The position numbers were made by a program, and so were the translations under genes. From Phoronis australis (Eukaryota > Animalia > Phoronida), in the NCBI GenBank assembly GCA_002633005.1, contig NMRA01000167.1, positions 715,353 through 779,352 on the forward strand: a stretch of 64,000 nucleotides of DNA. The letters are read 5' to 3'. Within the stretch, counting starts at the first letter, position 1. Every line of letters begins with the position of its first letter. Positions 35,301 through 44,192 of the stretch are shown piece after piece. Under the pieces are notes generated by a model. That model worked only from the letters and a program-made list of their open reading frames with translations. It made no database searches and had not been told where the DNA came from.

Positions 35301-37761
35301 TCATTCAACTAACGCATTGTAAGCTTTAGTTTGGTATTCACGCGAGTTGGATGAAAAATTTAGTATAATTTCATATTTTAGTGGGAAATGCTAGTGTCCT
35401 TAAAATTAATTAAAAACATTTAAGCAAACCAATTCTTTTAATTGTTGTATTATACCACGGCATATTAATGCGTAGAAACGGCGCACAACTAGTGACTGGT
35501 TTAACATGACAAATACACATACGCGGTCTGAAAATAGTGAAATTCAGACACCTATTACCAAGCCTGCCTGAAGGGCTGACAAAGTTTTTATTGTATTAAT
35601 TTCAAGGGCATGGAGTCTTCTACATGTCCATGTTATTATTTTTAGTTTTCTCGCGGGGGCAGCTTCGCTATAAGGGTACAACTTACTGCTGGTTTTTCAC
35701 AAGAAGGAAATGTACCTCCACGGAAACAGTTCCAGTGTTACCATGGTAACCGATATTGCAGTGTCGGTGCCGTTTTTACTGACATTGGTCATGAACCTAT
35801 CATGTGATATCAAAATTGTTCAGAAACGATTCTGTTTGAAGTAGAAACTGGAATAGAAAATTTGGTCAAAAATGACTCATTCCACACCAAGAAATTGCCT
35901 CATTTTGGCCCCCAAGAACACTTCCCTTGTATCTCCTAAACCACCAAACTTTGTGGTGTCATACTTCACCCAATTTCTCTCATCCCTAATGTGATTCATC
36001 AGACTAAACATGGATCTGAATGGCTGACCTCCCACCTTGCCGCCTGTTGGCTGTACAGTGGTCGGTGGATCCGTGGACTGATACTTAAGTACTATAATTT
36101 CAGTGTGTACCATAATTATTCCCTTGCAAAGATTTTAGCCTTAGTCCAGTGCTGAATTGTGCCAATGATTAGGTAAAATACTCTGATATTGGAACAGCAT
36201 AAAGTAACTTATTAATAATTACCTTTAACTGTTATAAATTATATCGACCCACAGGCCGTGTTTAATTTAGTTCACACACAGCTGGTGATGTTTGTTTAGA
36301 CAGTTATTTCATGCACACGTCAACTTCCAAGTACGCGTAGTCAAGTTTATTTGGCACACCCTATTTATTAGGAAAATATAAATTGTTTCTGCAAAATACG
36401 CGGAGAATTATTGTACATTTTAGTTTTCCAAATTCACCTGGCAAGCTCAAAAGTTGATGAAGTTGCAAAATTCGAAACTGGATTACTTTTGAGTTCTGGC
36501 TGAATCTCGACAAGTGTTGTTCTATGCATGTTTACATGTCTTGTGTCACCTTTTAGACCTGTGTCTTAGTCTAAGCCACTACTTATGTTGTAGCTGGACT
36601 TATGAACAGTATCACCCTGAGTGTGTGATTGTTCCTTTGGTTTGGTCAACTCAGCTTACAAATTTAACGGAAACTGTTAACTTCACGGCTGTGTCGCTTG
36701 GGGATAGTGTTAAGGATATTTTTGCTTATTTTGTCTTTGAAACATCAGAGTTAACTCAGAAGTGACATATAGTGCTTGCATTGAAACTCTAATCTTGTTT
36801 CTTTAAATTTTTAGATGTTTCGAATTGTTTGATACTCACACTAGCCAAGATTTTATGAGTTTCACATAGTTTTGAGCTTTTCAACACGAAACAATCCGAC
36901 AAAAGTAGGCATTCCAACTGTGACTTTTCTGGAGATACTGATTAAGTTTTTTGTGGTTATTGTGGTTAGAGAATGCACAGACATGTAGCTTGAGGGATTA
37001 CTTTGTTCCCGTATGATTTGTTTCATTGTATCACACACGTAATTCGGTTACAATTAAATTGATCATACTTGCCAAACTCGGGTGCAGCAGCTTTAAGTAT
37101 CTGTACCCTCCTTGCCAAAACACATGTACCCTTAAGAGTAGCATGTAACCACATCTCCCTGCCTTTGCTGACCCTCAGCTGGTGTTTTGATTCACTGGAG
37201 ACGTTTCAAAGACTTCTTATCATCTTCTTTTAGTGGAGAACAATTTCATTATTTTAGTTTAATTGTTAATGGTTTAATGGGAACTGTTGTGTAGAAATTC
37301 TCTCATCACCTGCGATACCTCACATTTGTATATTGTGTTTGTAGAAAGTGGAACAACAGCTGCTTATTGATGCAAAGCCCTCTTGTGGGAATCCCCGGTC
37401 GCCTAAGAAGTCGGAGGAGGAATCTTCATGTGTTGTTTGTCCTAATAATGTGCCCAGAGTCATAGGTCACTTCACAGATGAAAAGTCATTGGATTCAATG
37501 AAAGGGGGATTTGCTTCTGATAAAGTACCTGACAACCACCCATGTCATTCATTGGGAGATGCAAAGGCCACAAAATGGCAAGAAGAGACACATAATGACA
37601 AGGAAGGAGTATCTAGCAAGCTGGATGAGCGGTTGGGAAGGGTACCTATTGATGAGAGTTTGGATTACATGTCTCCTGGTGTCAATAACATAAATTCGTC
37701 TTCACTGAGAATGAGGCAAACCAATTTGTCTACCCTCTCTGCTAAAGTCACTACTCTCTGA
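8274..37761 (+). CDS. ANO8: Anoctamin-8 (TMEM16H) ortholog, full span of a 13-exon CDS, about 838 aa
   Basis: Exons join in frame across GT-AG introns: 8274-8334, 18197-18449, 21393-21628, 23732-23976, 25772-25933, 26913-27201, 27778-27833, 28359-28433, 29215-29496, 29732-29929, 30379-30510, 30921-31031, 37345-37761 (2517 nt). ANO8-type motifs: [73 protein letters not shown], IPDVP. Confidence 0.9.
8420..8474. repeat. Short perfect inverted repeat
   Basis: CGTGAACTTGGAA ... TTCCAAGTTCACG. Confidence 0.55.
12876..13250 (+). mobile_element. HINE-like element remnant
   Basis: TTTTTAGG start, CCGTTCGTCTGTC..CCATCCGT microsatellite-like stretch, and a CTCF-like TGCACCCCCTAGTGGCC near the end (13228-13244). 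Confidence 0.45.
13776..14485 (+). repeat. Diverged ~105 bp direct repeat (13776-13879 and 14386-14484)
   Basis: Both copies read CTTTACAGTCAAAATGAC...TGTTTACCTGAATCCTCTGAGCA...TCCATAAAAT...ATCCCTCA. Confidence 0.7.
13880..14115 (-). mobile_element. Tc1/mariner transposase fragment (decayed)
   Basis: Minus-strand translation gives YRDDILQ, FQDDKVHP* and EWSACSPDLNPIKHMWHQL, matching the Tc1 FQxDNAxPH and WPxxSPDLNPIExxW motifs. Confidence 0.8.
15060..15690 (+). mobile_element. HINE-like element, same family as 1-776
   Basis: CGTCTGTCCCGGGTCTGCAGCTGTATTTCCTAA...TTTGGAGATGTG matches the minus strand of ~650-720. CCCCCTAGT motif at ~15447. Boundaries approximate. Confidence 0.5.
16091..16325. 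repeat. ~235 bp palindrome resembling inverted Penelope-type termini
   Basis: Arms 16091-16169 and 16246-16325 are reverse complements, with an inner hairpin at 16179-16208. Each arm carries CTTGAAAAAG-stem-CGAA. Confidence 0.7.
16533..17105 (+). mobile_element. Kolobok-like DNA transposon remnant with decayed THAP domain
   Basis: TTAA|AGGAGAATGCC left end. Frame 16710-16961 reads WCIVPACPN*..KKSGISGFLLP...KWL...LRVCGL, a THAP C2CH-like pattern. A convergent minus-strand GYQFEQEYSDEE lies near 16985-17025. Right end not located. Confidence 0.6.
17896..17972 (+). repeat. 35 bp tandem duplication
   Basis: TTTTACATCACCCGATTCTATAATCATAGTTACTG twice, plus a partial third copy. Confidence 0.85.
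18197..18449 (+). CDS. ANO8: ANO8 exon 2
   Basis: Acceptor TTACAG|AT, donor GA|GTAAGT; encodes AAQRYIERKL...KAWLNAIPT...[10 protein letters not shown]...AFYLTTSYP. Confidence 0.9.
18631..19359. mobile_element. PIF/Harbinger-like MITE (degenerate)
   Basis: Imperfect TIRs GTCAGGTGTTCCAAGAAA / TTTTCATGAAACTGAGCC, with repeated GACTTAAG subterminal motifs. Confidence 0.4.
20150..21013 (-). mobile_element. 5'-truncated non-LTR retrotransposon (L1/Tx1-like 3' end) in ANO8 intron 2
   Basis: ORF 20290-21045 ends with the zf-RVT/CCHC motif CASCGTVETFNHMFVEC..VKTLW. It is followed by a TG microsatellite, AATAAA and a poly(A) tail (plus-strand T run ~20143-20170). TSD-like AAACATCCTTTTTT at 20136-20149 and 21014-21027. 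Confidence 0.85.
21393..21628 (+). CDS. ANO8: ANO8 exon 3
   Basis: TAAG|A acceptor, A|GTGAGT donor; FLLKAEQLGFQKPLKPEFGGGYREF...ERQTIIR. Confidence 0.9.
22418..23001 (+). repeat. ~290 bp near-identical tandem duplication across a single N (probable assembly overlap)
   Basis: 22418-22710 is repeated at 22712-~23001, separated only by the N at 22711. Confidence 0.85.
23732..23976 (+). CDS. ANO8: ANO8 exon 4
   Basis: CAG|TT acceptor, GAG|GTAAAA donor; SELLSKKVISQVFPLH...[25 protein letters not shown]. Confidence 0.92.
24299..24664 (+). repeat. 60 bp minisatellite, about 6 copies
   Basis: Unit CTAAAGTGCAGTCTCCAACAATATACATGGCCTGTTAGTTCCAGAGATAATTCCTAATRG repeats with a 60 bp period. Confidence 0.95.
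24757..25160. mobile_element. PIF/Harbinger-like MITE
   Basis: TIRs GGCCCGGTCTCCAATCTTT..ACTCGAAATT and AATTTCGAGTTCG...AAAGATTAGAGACCGGGCC, flanked by a 3-bp CTG TSD (24754-24756 and 25161-25163). Confidence 0.8.
25772..25933 (+). CDS. ANO8: ANO8 exon 5
   Basis: TTTGCAG|TTC acceptor, AAG|GTTTGT donor; CFVLFAFLNILWATVYLEFWKRRSSELSFKWGTLD...PRPLYK. Confidence 0.92.
26913..27201 (+). CDS. ANO8: ANO8 exon 6
   Basis: TTCCAG|GGC acceptor, G|GTAAAA donor; SPVTGKLELFDPPWK...RFLPKIMLA...YKRIAVWINDQ. Confidence 0.92.
27778..27833 (+). CDS. ANO8: ANO8 exon 7 (not in the ORF track)
   Basis: TTTGCAG|AA acceptor, CTA|GTGAGT donor; ENFRLDEEYENHLIVKLTL. Confidence 0.9.
28359..28433 (+). CDS. ANO8: ANO8 exon 8
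   Basis: TTTCAG|TTC acceptor, GAT|GTAAGT donor; FHFVNSFASLFYVAFYLQDMSRLRD. Confidence 0.92.
29215..29496 (+). CDS. ANO8: ANO8 exon 9
   Basis: GGCAG|CTA acceptor, in-frame donor CAG|[23 protein letters not shown]...acidic loop...QAEVEGSRKQ. Confidence 0.85.
29732..29929 (+). CDS. ANO8: ANO8 exon 10
   Basis: TTTCAG|TAT acceptor, CAG|GTATTT donor; [48 protein letters not shown]...IGTWQ. Confidence 0.95.
30207..30361 (+). repeat. 78 bp perfect tandem duplication just upstream of an acceptor
   Basis: TTGTCTGTTCATGTACGGTACTTCC...ACTCCTTGCGTA twice. Confidence 0.9.
30379..30510 (+). CDS. ANO8: ANO8 exon 11 (not in the ORF track)
   Basis: TTTTTAG|GAT acceptor, GAG|GTTTGT donor; DALMLMSTIAVMINCVLIGQSGLIDRLFP...LLLIIALE. 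Confidence 0.9.
30921..31031 (+). CDS. ANO8: ANO8 exon 12 (not in the ORF track)
   Basis: CTTTCAG|CAC acceptor, AAA|GTATGT donor; HVLLAVKFGIAYSIPDVPFWIKVEMAKMEFKKREAFK. Confidence 0.92.
31052..36080 (-). mobile_element. ~5 kb decayed TIR DNA transposon in the last ANO8 intron (possibly Academ-like)
   Basis: The left end TAGTCCACG..CACCAACCA..GCGGCAAGGTGGGGGTCAGCC matches the reverse complement of 36022-36080 (CAGTCCACG..CACCGACCA..GCGGCAAGGTGGGAGGTCAGCC). No intact internal ORF; weak RecQ-like traces on the minus strand. Confidence 0.7.
37345..37761 (+). CDS. ANO8: ANO8 terminal coding exon 13
   Basis: TTTGTAG|AAA phase-0 acceptor, in frame with ORF 37348-37761, giving a polar C-terminal tail ending in TGA. 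Confidence 0.8.
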   Translation, partial: KVEQQLLIDAKPSCGNPRSPKKSEEESSCVVCPNNVPRVIGHFTDEKSLDSMKGGFASDKVPDNHPCHSLGDAKATKWQEETHNDKEGVSSKLDERLGRVPIDESLDYMSPGVNNINSSSLRMRQTNLSTLSAKVTTL

Positions 37762-37842
37762 AAGACTTGTTTCCAGCTCAACAATATTGCTTTAAGTATG
37801 CAGAGTTGTTCTATCCTTTCTTCATTTCCTTGTGATATACCT

Positions 37843-38097
37843 GGTACAAGACAAAAATAATTAAGTACTGTACAACACAAAAGTAATCAAGTACTGTACA
37901 AGACAAAAGTAATCAAGTACAGTACAAGACAAAAGTAATCAAGTACAGTACAAGACAAAAGTAATCAAGTACAGTACAAGACATAAGTAATCAAGTACAG
38001 TACAAGACAAAAGTAATCAAGTACTGTACAAGACAAAAGTAATCAAGTACAGTACAAGACAAAAGTAATCAAGTACAGTACAAGACAAAAGTAATCA
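37843..38097 (+). repeat. 26 bp minisatellite, about 10 copies, in the putative ANO8 3' UTR
   Basis: Unit AGTACAAGACAAAAGTAATCAAGTAC. Confidence 0.95.
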
Positions 38098-40058
38098 GAA
38101 AAAATATTGTTTCCCCGTCGTGACGCCTAATTTTGTAAACAGTAAGAATAACTTGTAATAATTGTTATGGGGGAAATCTAATCTACAGATTGGCTTGTCC
38201 ACCTTACTAAGTTCCTAGTTAATTTCCCTTTGTCTTTAGTCTCAAGGGGAGACTACTCTGACAATCAATTTGGCTTCTGCCTATTGGTAATTATGACGAA
38301 CTCCAGGTCATTTTTGTATGAATACTTTTGGCTTGTAGTGTTTAACCAGTATGCAATTTTTAATTCGCTTGAAATGACTGAGAAACATTATGTTGCATAA
38401 CACTTCAGAAATGGCTGCCACTTTTCCACAGCTTACATGTATCATCTTGTTTAGAGTTGATATAAAGTTTTTCTTATGATTTAAAACATCAGGGCTGGTG
38501 GCTTAGTATCAAAATGTCTTCCTCATAGTGCTAAATCATTAGTTGATATTAAAATGCTTTTTGATATTTCTTATTTTTGGTTAGTTTTCTTAATTGAATT
38601 ATTTGCAGTTTCATCTTATCCCTATTTCCTTTAGAATTTCTGCTCTGTGTTACCTCACAACAGTTTTCAGCAACAGTTCTGCTTTTTTCATTTGATGGAT
38701 ACTTTAAAATTCTCCATGGTAACCAGTAGCACCATACTTCAAATTATGTGACCTGTTGGTCTTATATTGTGTCACTTAAAAGTAGAAATGCTAGTTTTCA
38801 TTAGCCTGTGATAGGCACATCCTGACAAGGCTCAGTACAACTCTCATTCTGAGGTATTTACCCACAATGTGTCAAGCATTTGTCATGTTTATTCATGTGA
38901 AAATGTCCAGGTCACTTACCTCATATCTTACTGATTATGTAATTCATCAATTGTAATGCAGGCTAACTTTTGTTATTGTTTTATGAGTCGCAATGCTGGT
39001 ACCAAGAAATTGGCAAAGAGTGCAGATACCAGTGTTGGACCTCCTGCCCTTGTTGGTCAACTCAGGAGTGCATGACGTTTTGAAAAGTAGGTCAAACATG
39101 CAATGTACTTTTCTACCTCCTCAAAAGAGGAGAGTGAAACCCAGAGTAGACCCTGTTGGGTGAATATTTTTTCTCACTGTCTTGAAATTAAAAAGACATA
39201 CAGGTTGAGCTGGTGGAAAGGTATGCTTCGCGATTGTTTTTAATTTAAATGTGCAAATCCAAAACTTTTTAAACTTTGTCTGCCATAACCAATTCTGTGT
39301 GTGGATCGAATTTTGTGATTGTGCAGCTTGGTTTCGTTCCAACATAAACCACATTAAGTTTGTGCGTTCAGGAGCCAATAGTTTTTTTTTTGGCACTCAT
39401 TAAATATGGGATTCAGGTCTTTCTTTTCTTGCTGGTTAATATATAATGACATGTTGTGTGTTGTAGAGGTAGTCGTTTGTTAATGGTGACTTCCTTTAAT
39501 TCTCGCTAAACACTGAAACCATAGACTGATCAACTCTGTCATAGTGCATTAAACCACTTAAAATAGTATTACATGCATGCAATTGGAAAAATATGTTACA
39601 TCATGAGATGGGTAATGACCCCACCTGACTGTTTTGATTGGAAATGTCTGTTCTCTTGAGGAGGGATTGCATTGCCTTTCTGTCATCATGAAAGGGAATT
39701 TTGTGTCATTTTCTTTTTTGACATGTAATGTGGCGTACTGTAGTCTTAAAATTACCCTTGCCACGTTAGCAATTAGTTTCCACCATTAAAAGGAATACTT
39801 GGCCTGTGATTGAAATGAAACTATTTCTCTTTAGTTTGTGGGATAAGCAACTCTGTCAGAACCGAAGACTTTTTATGTCATAGTTTTTCTATGTGTGTAT
39901 GATCGGTTGGGTAGAAGCAAAGAACAGTTTGAGAATTTGTCAGTTTGTGTTGTTGGGTTGGCTGTTGCACAAAGGTTTAAAGGGAAACTTAATCCGGTTT
40001 GGGACTAACTTGACGATATTAACAAAGACTTATAAATTTCGCAAACTAATGTAAAATA

Positions 40059-40332
40059 TGTTGCAAGCAGCTTTTATTCTTTCAATCCGCCATCTTTTTG
40101 GTCACATCACGTGACCTAATGAATGTAAGTCCGAAAAGTGGTCCCGATGGCTCAGTGGCTAGAGCGTCTGCACGGTTAGCAGAAGGTCCTGCGTTCGAGT
40201 CCCGGTCCGGGGGCAGAAAAATTTTCGGACTTTTATTCATTAGGTCACCTGATGTGACCAAAAAGATGTCGGATTGAAGGGCATAAACTGCTCGCAACAT
40301 ATTCCACGCCTCACCGAAAAAGATATATTTAT
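40059..40332 (+). mobile_element. Palindromic insertion with a central tRNA-like sequence, flanked by a 14-bp direct repeat
   Basis: Inverted arms ~40055-40138 and ~40222-40303. Direct repeat ACTAATGTAAAATA at 40045-40058 and 40333-40346. Confidence 0.75.
40140..40212 (+). pseudogene. tRNA-derived sequence (SINE head / tRNA pseudogene)
   Basis: A-box TGGCTCAGTGG, B-box GTTCGAGTCC, anticodon-like stem TCTGC/GCAGA with a 7-nt loop ACGGTTA lacking U33. The acceptor and T stems are imperfect. Confidence 0.7.
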
Positions 40333-43139
40333 ACTAATGTAAAATAGTACTCAGCGATTTTTGTCAGCCCTCAAAACGTGGGAGTGCATTTGAAAACTTC
40401 TTACAAAGTGAGCTTCATCAGAAAACTTGACTAATGTTTTAGGCTAGTTAAGGATAACTGTGGGCAAAGACCACTCACCAAAAATCCACTGGACTTTTCT
40501 TGTGAAACAGAATAAGTGTTTTTAATCGAGTACTGATTTATCACGCAAGTGGGACACCAGTGGTACATTAGCAGTGGATAATATAAATTTCGGTTTAGTA
40601 TAGCTTTTACTAAATTCGTCAATCATTCATGAATTCGTAGGCTCTGGTTTTGTGTAATTGTTATAATGTACATCGGTCTTTTTGTCTACCTAAAGATGTT
40701 ACTCTTTACGGGTGTGTTTTAAGTTTATTAGTGCAATACTGTACACACTTATGTCATTTTTTGTTGTTGCATTATGTTACATAGTTTTTATGGGTTGGTT
40801 TTATGAAAGTTTATGGCTTTGGTCATTGTTCTGAAATTGTTAATTTTTCGCTTTTATGTTATAAACTTTATATATAAACAATTTTATGAATCATACTTAC
40901 ATTAACTCACTTAATGAATTTGGTCAGTCTGAGGACTTTTTCGTAGCTGTTGCAAACTTTCGGACCTGTAACTTTAACATAACTTCAGAACCAACCTGAG
41001 CACTCTGCTTGTCTTAAAGAAATTGTGATAACTAAGTACGGTAAAATCTACCCTTTGCACGGATGACTTGAAAGGATACCAAAGCGGATTTTGGCTTATT
41101 AACTGAATATATTAAAAACGACTTTTTCATCAAATCTTTTGATTCAAAATAATGCCCTGTAATCCCTGAAATGCTCAAAACCTTGGAGGAAATTACTTTG
41201 GAAACTCCTTTCAAAATTTACTAATCGGTCAAGCGTGATCTATGCAGCAGCGAATCACGCGGCAACTGAAGCGAAAAACCATCCACTAAACACCATCATA
41301 CCCAATCTCTGACAGGAATGAGTTTTTAGATAATTTCTACTTTCATGGTTCAAGACTGAGGCCACTGGTGCATTAGCAAGTGGCAAAAAATGAGGATTGG
41401 TTGAAATCGTCAAAACACGGTTTAGTATCCTTTAATTCGTTTACTGATCACTTCCGAATGCGCTTATTCCTCATGCGTATCAATTCGATCATTTGTAAAA
41501 TTCATAAGTTCCGCCTTTTGCACGTGTTCTATGATAATCGGTGCTTTTTCCCAAGAGCCACGGGTAAATGTTATGAAGCAACATCAAAAGCCTTGAGTTG
41601 CTACCCATTAGTGCACAATAATATTGCAACAGGGGGCCACCAAAGGAAGAATAGTGACGTTACAGCCGAGAAAGTGGTCTTTTTTCATTCTCAACTTGCT
41701 CACAAACACAAACCACATTCACTTGGCATACATGCAATACCTAACTAAAAATGCCCCCAAGCTTTGCCTACCCTGAGATTTTATTTTTTTATTTTTGGCC
41801 GCGGCCTGAGCCTTCTCGTCTTTGCTAACAGTGGACGACCAACGGGAGCGCCTTCTAAGGGCTATACGTGAAGACACGTGAAACGTAGCGAAAAAATCTT
41901 GTCATGTTGAAGAATGGCAAACACCACTGGAGGCCGCCATTACAATTCTTGCACGAATAATAAAAGATTTTACTATACGTCTAAAGTTTCTTAAGCAGGG
42001 AGGATAGGCAAGCCGAGCTAGGCCGGTGAAAATAATTCACCCGTTACAGCATGGGGCCTGTAGATGGTCTCAAAGCAATGGCATCGACCTTCATGTCGCA
42101 GTCTAATTGTCATAAATTTCGAACTTGACCTTTGAACGGCTGTAACCAGAGACCGTTAACGTCTTTGCTGTAATCATCAGTAACCTTCCTGCGAGGACTG
42201 AAAAAATGGCGGTCAGATTAGTTGAAAATTTCCCCTTCTATTTTTGCTTTCGAATTTTCAATCACAGCATAAGAAGTTTATCGCTGGCAGTCATCGAAAA
42301 CGTTCGGATGCTCTGGTTTGCGTTAAAAAAGCAACCTAATCAGACTTTGTTCGAGTCTTTTTTTGTAAAAAATGACTAGTATGTTCAACATGACGAGATA
42401 GCCAATCCAAGTTACTCGTTCACGCAAGCGTTGAGGTGTACAGAAAGTGCCAACACGGCGTAACTGACAGTCCAATCTTCTGCACGATATTACCATCGAC
42501 ACATTTTAATTAGAATTTCGTTGTTCTACATTAATTTTAAGTAGATATTCGCGTTGCAATTGGTTTCTGCGTTCAGCACATCGCCTATAACAAGTTGTCG
42601 ATCAGATTGCTCCTTATGACTCGTGAAAACATGTTCCAAACACAAAATCCGCAATATTCCAAATATCCAGCGCAGTCAGGAACTGAACGGCTAGGGCAGA
42701 GTGGGTAAATTATCTACCCGTTGACTCGCCAAAATAAGTGCAGGATCACGTGTCTTTTTTGATTTTCTGAAACAGCGCAAGAAATTATACTATTTACAAA
42801 ATCTCCAAACTAATTTTAAAAATGAACGATTCTCCTAAAGATAAGCATTGAATGACTAGACTAGAGTCGCTCATTACTTCGATGTTGTTTTTGGTGACAT
42901 AAGAACCCCGTTACAGTAAGGCATATAATGAAACCGAATGAAAAGACTAATTACTATGCGCGTGTAAGCGCAGAGTACTGTTGTACCTGGGTTTTCTTCA
43001 ATTTTATTCTTATTCTTATTCTTCTCCCGACCAAATTTGAGGCTTAATAACTCCAAATTGGGTGCAGGTACGGTCTTTAAATTCAGCATATGACTTTTGA
43101 CAGTATATAAATTTTGATTGGTTATATAATCATATTCCA

Positions 43140-44192
43140 TATTGCACCGGAAGAGGTCGTTTGGTGCAAAGAAAATATAATTTTCAAAATGCTACTACTC
43201 CTTCAGTTTTAAAGCTATCTTTTTCAAATTCGGTGCACAGGTATAAGTCAACATGACAATTTAAAAAATTACTTTTCTAAGTAATCGGGTCATCCAATCA
43301 GGTGAAATAGGTCAAAAGTCATTAGCTGCAAACTAAAATTTTGAGCTAGACACTTCGAATTGGCAGGTCTGATTGCCACAGGTAAATCAAATCGGAATCC
43401 AAAGTTTCAGGTCATTTAGTGCAAACATGGGGTCATTAGGTGCATTTTTCTTCTGAATATTTGACCTTTTCAATTAGCAAGTATTCTGATGTGTCAACCG
43501 TTAGATAACTGTGATTCTCACCGTTAAACACATTTTCCATGGGCTTTGCAATAATTCTCCTAAAGATGCTTAAAATGCACCGGGTAAGGTCAATTAGTGC
43601 AAAGGTCATGTAATGTTCAAAATGTTATATCTCTTACGTTTTTCAAGGAATTCTTTTCAATTTCAACACACTGGTGTAACTCAACATGCCAATTAAATAC
43701 CCTACTTTACTTCTCAATAGGCCTAACCAATCAGAAAAAATAGGTCAAAGGTCAATGAGGGCAAACTAAAATTTTGAGCTAGAGACTTCAGAATTACGTA
43801 TCTGTTTACTAAGTGCGATTGAGTATGAATTCTTAATTTTCAGGTCATTTGGTGCACCCATGGGGTCATTAGGTGCATTTTTCTTCTGAAAGTTTGACCA
43901 CTTCATTCATCTTGTATTCTGAAGTGCTTAAAGTAAAACATCTGTGATTATTAGCATTAACCACACTTTTAATCGAGTTAACAATTACTCCCTCATCGGG
44001 GCTCATGATGCACCGGAAGAGGTCAATTATTGGAAAGGCCATCAAAAAATTAATATGTGATTTCTCCTACAATTTTAAAGAATTCCTTTTCATATTGGTA
44101 CACGGGTTGCTGTCAGTAACTTCCCATAATAATTCCAGTAATACGCACACGCAGAGTCCGTTATTGTCACGCCGTGACAATAATCTTTCTAG
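43140..44192 (+). mobile_element. Helitron/Helentron-like element with ~430 bp internal tandem repeats and a 3' hairpin
   Basis: TGCACCGG(A/G)..GGTC units at ~43143, 43576 and 44009. Terminal hairpin TTATTGTCACG-C-CGTGACAATAA (44161-44183) followed by CTAG-TTTT (44189). 5' boundary approximate. Confidence 0.7.

Noticed and set aside
37843-38097. 26 bp array as CRISPR-like
   Set aside because: Head-to-tail minisatellite with no spacers.
40140-40212. Functional tRNA gene
   Set aside because: The acceptor and T stems pair poorly, the anticodon loop lacks U33, and it is embedded in a mobile palindrome.
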